From positions 1 through 12,359 of the forward strand of contig WQUT01000037.1 in assembly GCA_009781955.1 (NCBI GenBank): a DNA stretch of 12,359 nucleotides. The letters run 5' to 3'. The notes beneath the pieces were generated by a model. It did not search any database, was not told where the DNA came from, and worked only from the letters and a program-made list of their open reading frames with translations. The DNA comes from Pseudomonadota bacterium (GTDB taxonomy: Bacteria > Pseudomonadota > Alphaproteobacteria > Rs-D84). The first letter of the stretch is position 1. The number at the start of each line of letters is the position of its first letter. Position numbers and translations under genes: made by a program. This document shows positions 4,355 through 10,754 of the stretch, one piece after another.

Positions 4355-7171
4355 TCAATCGCCAAACAGCGACGGCTGGGGCTTTTTCGCCGGCGAAGAC
4401 ACCTTCGGACTTACCCCTGCCCTTGCGGCAGGGGTCGCGGTGGTGCTTTCTTGCATACCGCGGGGGATGGGTTCATTAATCAAAGCATCCTTGTCATTTT
4501 GCTGATTTAATTTATCTGACCCACCCCCCGCGCTTCGCGCGACCCCCGCCGCAAGGGCGGGGGTTACGGCTTCGCCGTTTTGGTTTTCCAGCCCCAGCAA
4601 TACCTCTTCCGCGCGCGCGACGACGGAATCCGGCATTCCGGCCATTTTCGCCACATGGATTCCATAGCTGCTGGCGGCCGCGCCCGGAACGATTTTATGC
4701 AAAAATATGATTTCGTTGTTGTGTTCCGCAACAGATACCGTCAGGCATTTGACATGGGCGAGAGCCGAAACCCGAGAACCGACAGCCGAAATTCGGTTTT
4801 CGGTTTTCGGCTCTCGGGTTTCGGCCAACACGGTCAGCTCGTGATAATGCGTTGCGAACAAAGTGCGCGGATGCATCGCGTCCAGGAATTCCAGCACCGC
4901 CTGGGCAATGCTCATCCCGTCATAGGTCGCGGTGCCGCGGCCGATTTCATCAAAAATAATGAATGATTTTTCAGTCGCGCGGTTCAGGATATTCGCGGTT
5001 TCCGTCATTTCCACCATGAACGTGGATTGTCCGGCGGCCAGATTATCCGACGCGCCGACGCGCGAAAACAACTGGTCGCAGATGCCGATGGTCGCCGAAT
5101 CGGCGGGCACAAAAGATCCCAGATGCGCCAATACGACAATCAGGGCGTTCTGGCGCAGATACGTTGATTTGCCCGCCATATTGGGCCCCGTAATCAGCGC
5201 TATGCACTGATTACGGGGCCCAGAGTTAAGAGTTGAGAGTGGAGAGTGGAGATTGGCCCCGCCTAAACTCTCGGCTCTTAACTCTCCGCTCTCTTGCGAA
5301 CACGCAGCGTTCGCAAGCAAGCAATCATTTTTAACAAACCGGCCGCCTTGGTCCCGCAGAATCTTTTCCACAACCGGATGCCGTCCGCCGCGGACATCAA
5401 AACCGCAATCATCCGTAATTTTTGGCCGCGCCCATCCGTATTCGTCCGCGCATTCGGCCAGAGCCGACCACACGTCCAGATCGGCCAGCATATCCGCCGC
5501 GAATAATAACGAAGGCGCCGCGTCTTTTACCATTTCAATCAGGCGCGCGATTATTTCGGCCTCTATGCCCGCCGCGCGATCGGCGGCCCCCCTTACCTCG
5601 TTATCCAGCTCTATCAGGCGCGCGGTGGTGAACCGGACGTTCCCGGTCATGGTCTGGCGGTGGATGAATCCGGAATCCGGCGCAAAGAGCTTGTCCGCCT
5701 GCTTGCTCGGCACCTCTATATGATACCCCAATATATTGTTGTATTTGATTTTCAGCGTCGCGACGCCGGTCGCTTTTACATAATCCGCCTGCATGCCCGC
5801 GATAACCTCTCGCGCGCCGTGGGCCAGGGCGTTCATGTTGTCCAGGCCGCTGTCATAGCGGGCGCGTATCACGCGTCCGTCGCGGAAAAACGCCGGCAAT
5901 TCGTCGGCCAGGGCCGCGCGCAATTCCGTCGCCAGGCCGTTATTGGTTTCAATCGCCGCAAACCGCGCGGCCAATTCGGCATCCAGCCGCGCGCCGATCG
6001 CCTTGACATGCGGCAGCGCGGACGCGAATTCCGCAACGGCGCGCAAATCCCGCGGGGTCCCGCGATTCGCGGCCAAGCGCGCGCACGCGCGGCCGATGTC
6101 CGGCACTTTGTCCAGCGTCGCGCGCGCGGCGTGCGCTATGTCGGAATTCAGCAGCAGGTGCCCGATATGCTCTTGCCTCTTTCGGATTTCATCGGCGTCG
6201 CCGGACAGCTCGCGCAAATACGCCCGCAGGCGCCGCGCGCCGGCGGCCGTCCGCGTTTTATCAATAACTTCCAACAGCGTGGCGCCATTCGGCTGCATGC
6301 CGGCGTCAATTTCCAGCGAACGCCACGTCGCCGCATCGCACAGCAGGCGCGCCCCCGCGCCCAGCCGATAAGGCGCGCGGAAAGAGAGCTTTGCGTCCCG
6401 CTGCGTCTGATCCAGATACCCGGCCAGCATTTGAATCGCCGCATTGATTTGCGTGGATTCAATCCCGAAAATCTCGCGCGCTATGTCCGTGATATTTCCG
6501 CGCTCGTAAATCCGGTCGTATACGGGCGCGGTCTTGAACGCGGCGCGCAACTTTCGGATATCCGGCGCTTCGGCCGCCGATTCGGGGTATATTACCTCTG
6601 CCGGATTCAGACGCGTCAATTCGTCCAGCACATTATCCGACAATTCGCCGACAAAGAATTCGCCGGTTGATATGTCGCATCCGGCAATGTCGTAAACCGA
6701 AAGACGAAAACCGAGAGACGATTCGGTTCTCGGCCCCCGGGTTTCGGTTTTCGGGAACAACGCCACCAGAAAATTCGCCTTCTTGGGCGACAGCAGATTT
6801 TCGTCGGTCAGGGTTCCGGCGGTCAGAACGCGTATTATCTTGCGCTCTATCTGTTTGTGCCCGCGTTGTTTCGCCTCTTCCGGGCTTTCCATCTGTTCGG
6901 CGATCGCGGCGGAAAATCCCATTTTCACCAGGCGCGACAAATAATTCTCGGCCGCATGCCACGGAATCCCGCACATGGGAATATCGCCGCCCGCGCCGTC
7001 GGTGCCGCGCTTGGTCAGAACCAGGTCCAGCGCGCGCGACACGATTTTTGCGTCTTCAAAGAAAGATTCGTAAAAATCGCCCAAACGGAACAGCAGCACG
7101 GCGTCCGGACATTCGGCCTTCATATCCAGATACTGTTTCATCACCGGCGATAATTCTGATTTCTTTGCCAT
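4355..7171 (-). CDS. mutS: DNA mismatch repair protein MutS (carrying several in-frame palindromic insertions)
   Basis: The ORF track gives 4355-7189 with a GTG start. I prefer ATG 7171-7169 (MAKKSELSPVMKQYLDMKAECPDAVLLFRLGDFYESFFEDA, the canonical MutS N-terminus). Walker A GPNMAGKS is encoded at 5165-5188, followed by STFMVEMTE, FDEIGRGTATYDG and THYHELT. Confidence 0.95.
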   Translation of the reverse strand: MAKKSELSPVMKQYLDMKAECPDAVLLFRLGDFYESFFEDAKIVSRALDLVLTKRGTDGAGGDIPMCGIPWHAAENYLSRLVKMGFSAAIAEQMESPEEAKQRGHKQIERKIIRVLTAGTLTDENLLSPKKANFLVALFPKTETRGPRTESSLGFRLSVYDIAGCDISTGEFFVGELSDNVLDELTRLNPAEVIYPESAAEAPDIRKLRAAFKTAPVYDRIYERGNITDIAREIFGIESTQINAAIQMLAGYLDQTQRDAKLSFRAPYRLGAGARLLCDAATWRSLEIDAGMQPNGATLLEVIDKTRTAAGARRLRAYLRELSGDADEIRKRQEHIGHLLLNSDIAHAARATLDKVPDIGRACARLAANRGTPRDLRAVAEFASALPHVKAIGARLDAELAARFAAIETNNGLATELRAALADELPAFFRDGRVIRARYDSGLDNMNALAHGAREVIAGMQADYVKATGVATLKIKYNNILGYHIEVPSKQADKLFAPDSGFIHRQTMTGNVRFTTARLIELDNEVRGAADRAAGIEAEIIARLIEMVKDAAPSLLFAADMLADLDVWSALAECADEYGWARPKITDDCGFDVRGGRHPVVEKILRDQGGRFVKNDCLLANAACSQESGELRAESLGGANLHSPLSTLNSGPRNQCIALITGPNMAGKSTYLRQNALIVVLAHLGSFVPADSATIGICDQLFSRVGASDNLAAGQSTFMVEMTETANILNRATEKSFIIFDEIGRGTATYDGMSIAQAVLEFLDAMHPRTLFATHYHELTVLAETREPKTENRISAVGSRVSALAHVKCLTVSVAEHNNEIIFLHKIVPGAAASSYGIHVAKMAGMPDSVVARAEEVLLGLENQNGEAVTPALAAGVARSAGGGSDKLNQQNDKDALINEPIPRGMQESTTATPAARAGVSPKVSSPAKKPQPSLFGD
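4364..4378 (-). other. Putative beta-clamp-binding pentapeptide QPSLF at the MutS C-terminus
   Basis: The last residues are ...KKPQPSLFGD*. QPSLF resembles the QL[SD]LF-type clamp-binding motif known at the C-terminal end of MutS proteins (for example QMSLL in E. coli). Confidence 0.45.
4414..4563. repeat. Pair of related 21-bp GC hairpins bracketing ~110 bp (about 36 codons) within the ~70-codon MutS C-terminal tail
   Basis: CCCCTGCC-CTTGC-GGCAGGGG (4414-4434) and CCCCCGCC-GCAAG-GGCGGGGG (4543-4563) are reverse complements of each other apart from one compensated stem base pair (T/A versus C/G). They are translated as TPAARAGV and TPALAAGV. Confidence 0.6.
4764..4825. repeat. Heptad-armed palindromic element (NCCGARA)4, in frame inside mutS, copy A
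   Basis: GCCGAAA CCCGAGA ACCGACA GCCGAAA TT CGGTTTT CGGTTTT CGGCTCT CGGGTTT CGGC. It is translated as ...TREPKTENRISAVGSRVSAL... between THYHELT and FLHK, where canonical MutS, as I recall it, is about 20 residues shorter. Confidence 0.8.
5183..5317. repeat. Compound palindromic insertion in frame inside mutS, directly upstream (protein sense) of the Walker A
   Basis: Three parts. (i) A perfect 15-bp inverted repeat GGGCCCCGTAATCAG (5183-5197) / CTGATTACGGGGCCC (5207-5221). (ii) A heptad palindrome GAGTTAA GAGTTGA GAGTGGA GAGTGGA ... AAACTCT CGGCTCT TAACTCT CCGCTCT (about 5222-5292). (iii) A hairpin CTTGCGAAC-N7-GTTCGCAAG (5293-5317). Translated as ANAACSQESGELRAESLGGANLHSPLSTLNSGPRNQCIA before LITGPNMAGKS. 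Confidence 0.8.
6696..6755. repeat. Heptad-armed palindromic element (NCCGARA)4, in frame inside mutS, copy B
   Basis: ACCGAAA GACGAAA ACCGAGA GACGA TT CGGTTCT CGGCCCC CGGGTTT CGGTTTT CGGG. It is translated as PKTETRGPRTESSLGFRLSV in the N-terminal mismatch-binding region, upstream of DISTGEF. Confidence 0.8.
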
Positions 7172-7196
7172 TTGTGATTTATATTCCACAATCTGA

Positions 7197-7357
7197 GACT
7201 ACCCCGGATTTCCATCGGCAACAAGTTGCCGGGAAATCCGACCCTTCTGAGAAGGGTAATTGCGCACTCATTTTGTTAAATTTTATGAGCGTCAAATGCC
7301 CTTCTCAGAAGGGCCGGAAAGCTTGGCAATTTATTGCCCTAGCTTTCCGGGGTAGTC
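7197..7357. repeat. 161-bp nested palindromic intergenic element (MITE-like) between the mutS start and the xseB stop
   Basis: Terminal inverted repeat GACTACCCCGGA (7197-7208) / TCCGGGGTAGTC (7346-7357). Internal hairpins are CGGATTTCC..GGAAATCCG around CGGCAAC-AA-GTTGCCG, CCCTTC-TGA-GAAGGG, GCCCTTC-TCA-GAAGGGC, CTCAT..ATGAG and CCGGAAAGC...GCTTTCCGG. Confidence 0.75.
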
Positions 7358-7362
7358 GTATT

Positions 7363-7617
7363 TTATTCAACCTTTAACTTTTCTATTTTCAGTTCCGCTT
7401 CTTTCAGCAATTGCTCGCAATACGCCTTTAACTTCATCCCCTGTTCATACGCGGCGACCGAATCGGACAGGGGCAGCGCGCCCGACTCCATCTTTTTCAC
7501 CAGTTCCTGCAACTGGGCCAGCGCCTGTTCAAAAGACAGATCGTTGGTCGCTGGTCGCTTGTCCTCCATAGCCTTGGCGGAGGAGGATTGGTCGTTGGCT
7601 TTGGTTTCTTTTTCCAT
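7363..7617 (-). CDS. xseB: Exodeoxyribonuclease VII small subunit
   Basis: LSFEQALAQLQELVKKMESGALPLSDSVAAYEQGMKLKAYCEQLLKEAELKIEKL is the XseB pattern. The ORF track extends to 7692. I prefer ATG 7617 (MEKETKAND...) because AAAGGA lies 9-10 nt upstream and the putative promoter sits at 7644-7672. ATG 7635 is an alternative start. Confidence 0.85.
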   Translation of the reverse strand: MEKETKANDQSSSAKAMEDKRPATNDLSFEQALAQLQELVKKMESGALPLSDSVAAYEQGMKLKAYCEQLLKEAELKIEKLKVE

Positions 7618-7643
7618 ATTTCGCATCCTTTTCATTTGGGAAA

Positions 7644-7672
7644 AGAATACTGTATAAAAAACGCTTTGGCAA
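7644..7672 (-). promoter_or_regulatory. Putative sigma70-type promoter for xseB
   Basis: The minus strand reads TTGCCA (7672-7667), a 17-nt spacer, then TATTCT (7649-7644). Confidence 0.4.
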
Positions 7673-7720
7673 TGGAAAAGGTATCCGTTCATAATTTTTA
7701 TACGAAACCTGCGGCATTTA

Positions 7721-7729
7721 TGATATAAT
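7721..7729 (+). promoter_or_regulatory. Putative extended -10 promoter (TGATATAAT) facing the secreted-protein cluster
   Basis: TGATATAAT is an exact TGnTATAAT match. It is followed by an A/U-rich imperfect hairpin at 7737-7766. No convincing -35 element is present. Confidence 0.4.
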
Positions 7730-7911
7730 TCTAGTGTCCAAATAAAACGGTCGTTTTTTTAGGACATTTTTCTTGCCCATATGAAAATCAAAAATCCCCA
7801 GAATTCCGCACATTTTTACATCCCTCTATTTTCTCGGCGGACGGGTAAAATAACCGACCGTTTATTTTCCCCAGCTTTTGCGGCGCAAAGCCTGTCCTCG
7901 CTTTTCTTTAT

Positions 7912-8220
7912 TTGTTTCTTATGCTGCCCTGCCCCACGGCGTATGCCGACCAGGATGGCGATAGCGATGCGGCCGCCGAAATCGCGCAAAAAACTGCATA
8001 CGCAACGCAGCTTTCGGCGGAAATACTGCAACTGGATTCAGAAATTATACGCTGCCGGAAAGCAAAAACCAACTGGACGGCGGCGACAGTTGTCGGTGGC
8101 ATCGGCACTGTCGCCACCGGCGCGGGGGCGATCGTGCAGCTGAACCAGATACAAAAGGCGAAAAAGGCCGGCAAAACGGAACAGCAACATGAAACGGTAG
8201 AGGCCGCAAAAACAGAATAA
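7912..8220 (+). CDS. Small coiled-coil protein with a Gly-zipper TM segment, paralog of 8390-8821; start codon unresolved, possibly decaying
   Basis: ORF track TTG start. The in-frame upstream extension from 7849 encodes a good signal peptide (..GAKPVLAFLYLFLMLPCPTAYA/DQDGD) but contains no ATG, GTG or TTG before 7912; only ATT at 7864. It shares CxK..TK..(W/F) ... ATGxGxxVxxN..K with the next gene. Confidence 0.45.
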   Translation: MFLMLPCPTAYADQDGDSDAAAEIAQKTAYATQLSAEILQLDSEIIRCRKAKTNWTAATVVGGIGTVATGAGAIVQLNQIQKAKKAGKTEQQHETVEAAKTE

Positions 8221-8228
8221 AAAACGCC

Positions 8229-8361
8229 CGTCATTCCGTTGCGGTGCCGGATGGCACCGACAACGGAATCCAGGTAAAAATAAGCCGCCGCGGCTTTGCC
8301 GCGACAACAAATTAACCTGGATTCCGGCGTTCGCGCGGTTCCGCGCGCCGCCGGAATGACG
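8229..8361. repeat. 133-bp nested palindromic intergenic element with CGTCATTCC termini
   Basis: CGTCATTCC (8229-8237) pairs with GGAATGACG (8353-8361), and GGAATCCAGGT (8265-8275) with ACCTGGATTCC (8315-8325). There are three internal GC hairpins: CCGTTGCGGTGCC-GGA-TGGCACCGACAACGG, CGCGGC-TTT-GCCGCG and ATTCCGGCG..CGCGCGG-TT-CCGCGCG..CGCCGGAAT. Confidence 0.75.
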
Positions 8362-8389
8362 ACTGTGCCCTAGGTAAAGTACCGAAGCG

Positions 8390-8821
8390 ATGAGAAAGTA
8401 TATTTTTTTGCTTTTTATATTCTCGCCCATCGTTGCGTTCGCAATGGACGATGATATGCAGTTACAGGCCTTGAACGACAGGATTGCAAAGATGGAGCAA
8501 GAGCGCGCCGTCAAAACCGCGCAGTTGCAGAAATGCGCAAAGGAAACCAAGGGATTCAAAATCGCGGGAATCACGACGCTGGCCGCGACCGGAATCGGAA
8601 TCGCGGTCAATATAAACCTGCACAACAAGCTGAACAAAATGTCAGGAGGAGACAGGAATGAAGAAAGCCATGCGTTGACATGCGAAGAGGAAAAGAGCTT
8701 ATTCTGCGACAAATCGTCCAAATCTTATAACAAGAATGCATGCCTTGCATACGAGGCATGCACATGCGGCAAGACTCCGCCGGACCAGTGTGACAATCCG
8801 GACTGCGATCCATGCATATAA
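8390..8821 (+). CDS. Secreted or membrane-anchored protein: signal peptide, coiled coil, Gly-zipper TM, Cys-rich tail (143 aa)
   Basis: MRKYIFLLFIFSPIVAFA/MDDD is a signal peptide. A heptad-like segment QLQALNDRIAKMEQERAVKTAQLQKC follows, then the hydrophobic IAGITTLAATGIGIAV, then a C-terminal tail with 8 Cys (CEEEKSLFC...CLAYEACTCGKTPPDQCDNPDCDPCI). I recognise no family. Confidence 0.65.
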   Translation: MRKYIFLLFIFSPIVAFAMDDDMQLQALNDRIAKMEQERAVKTAQLQKCAKETKGFKIAGITTLAATGIGIAVNINLHNKLNKMSGGDRNEESHALTCEEEKSLFCDKSSKSYNKNACLAYEACTCGKTPPDQCDNPDCDPCI

Positions 8822-8849
8822 CAAATCAACAAAACTAAAAGGGAAAGCC

Positions 8850-9416
8850 ATGAGAAAAATCATATTCGGCACACTGATCGCGATCATTTTCGTATACGGC
8901 GTTTACGCTATGCCGAACGCGGATGCCCGAAGGGCCGCGTGTGAAGCAGGCCCGGATACAACCTGGGTAGAAGCGGATAGCGCCTGCGTTAGTAATCAAT
9001 TAGATACATATTTTCAAAAAATTACAACCAGCGAAGAATGGGCAAAAAAACTGATTCAGTATTATCTGGACCACGAGGTAACCAACAGGCAAACCAAATT
9101 AGGAACCTGGCTTTGCGATGATTTTGTTTTTTCACATGACGACATGTTCAGCTATGTTACTTGCAAAAGCCGCTATGCCGCAGACTATAAATTCAGGTTT
9201 GGGCGAATTTATGATACAGATCACACCGGCGGGCGGATAGACGCGATCTGCAAAATGCTTGGCGGCACACTACGAGACGCCAAGAATGGCACGGGCTGGT
9301 GCCGGAACGGCGGATCAAGGGTTTGCGAAACCAAAATGTATTTCCGATGGAGCGAATGGGACATTGAAACATGGGAAGAAAACGAAACTGGCGCGACCGT
9401 GCTTTGCGCCAAATAA
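8850..9416 (+). CDS. Secreted Cys-containing protein of unknown function (188 aa)
   Basis: The ORF track gives 8736-9416. I take ATG 8850, preceded by AAAAGGGAAAGCC (SD-like). MRKIIFGTLIAIIFVYGVYA/MPNADA is a signal peptide. The mature part has 8 Cys and is Trp/Tyr/Asp-rich. I recognise no family. Confidence 0.65.
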   Translation: MRKIIFGTLIAIIFVYGVYAMPNADARRAACEAGPDTTWVEADSACVSNQLDTYFQKITTSEEWAKKLIQYYLDHEVTNRQTKLGTWLCDDFVFSHDDMFSYVTCKSRYAADYKFRFGRIYDTDHTGGRIDAICKMLGGTLRDAKNGTGWCRNGGSRVCETKMYFRWSEWDIETWEENETGATVLCAK

Positions 9417-9436
9417 AAACTAAAAGTTTTTTATCA

Positions 9437-9467
9437 GTCAGGCCGTTCCGGCCCTCGCCGGAATGAC
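9437..9467. repeat. Partial (right-end) copy of the CGTCATTCC-type element
   Basis: The 12-mer CGCCGGAATGAC at 9456-9467 is identical to 8349-8360. It is preceded by a GGCCG-TTC-CGGCC hairpin. Confidence 0.5.
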
Positions 9468-9469
9468 AA

Positions 9470-9493
9470 GCGGCGGCGATTGCTCGCCGCCGC
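9470..9493. terminator. GC-rich hairpin between convergent genes (candidate bidirectional terminator)
   Basis: GCGGCGGCGA-TTGC-TCGCCGCCGC: a 10-bp stem with a 4-nt loop. It is followed on the plus strand by CCATTTGGTTTTGG (T-rich). It lies 24 nt beyond the mreB stop on the minus strand. Confidence 0.5.
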
Positions 9494-9516
9494 CCATTTG
9501 GTTTTGGACGGAAAAA

Positions 9517-10626
<1,110 letters not shown>

Positions 10627-10628
10627 TT

Positions 10629-10658
10629 ATTTTACGACTATAAAACGCGAAATTGCAA
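10629..10658 (-). promoter_or_regulatory. Putative sigma70-type promoter for mreB
   Basis: The minus strand reads TTGCAA (10658-10653), an 18-nt spacer, then TAAAAT (10634-10629). Confidence 0.4.
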
Positions 10659-10675
10659 AAATCAAGCGGGGATAT

Positions 10676-10728
10676 CGGGATTTAAGATTTAAGATTTACG
10701 GATTTAAGATTTGCGGATTTAAGATTTG
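10676..10728 (+). repeat. Direct-repeat array, 3 x ~15 nt CGGATTTAAGATTTG (built from GATTTAA heptads)
   Basis: CGGGATTTAAGATTT (10676-10690), an extra AAGATTTA, CGGATTTAAGATTTG (10699-10713) and CGGATTTAAGATTTG (10714-10728). The last unit overlaps a TTGACA hexamer. Confidence 0.8.
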
Positions 10729-10754
10729 ACAGCTATGATTTTGCAATCTAAACT
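10726..10754 (+). promoter_or_regulatory. Putative sigma70-type promoter for rnpA
   Basis: TTGACA (10726-10731), a 17-nt spacer, then TAAACT (10749-10754). The predicted start site falls at about 10761, next to ATG 10762. Confidence 0.4.

Noticed and set aside
5660-6670. 336-aa plus-strand ORF, and other long plus-strand ORFs at 4580-4966, 5253-5723, 5943-6371 and 6667-7377
   Set aside because: They are antisense to the well-supported mutS CDS. The translations are Arg/Pro/Ala-rich low-complexity sequence, typical of the shadow frame of a GC-rich gene, and no start context is present.
7781-8143. 120-aa plus-strand ORF starting at ATG 7781
   Set aside because: After about 55 residues it becomes Arg/Lys/Pro-rich (PAPRRMPTRMAIAMRPPKSRKK...) and overlaps the paralog-supported frame of 7912-8220. 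It is kept only as a possible frameshift partner in one finding.
8038-8721. 227-aa minus-strand ORF spanning the P1/P2 intergenic palindrome
   Set aside because: It runs antisense to two plus-strand ORFs that have coherent signal peptide, coiled-coil and TM architecture, and it reads straight through the 133-bp palindromic element. The translation is Cys/Phe/Arg-rich and looks like noise.
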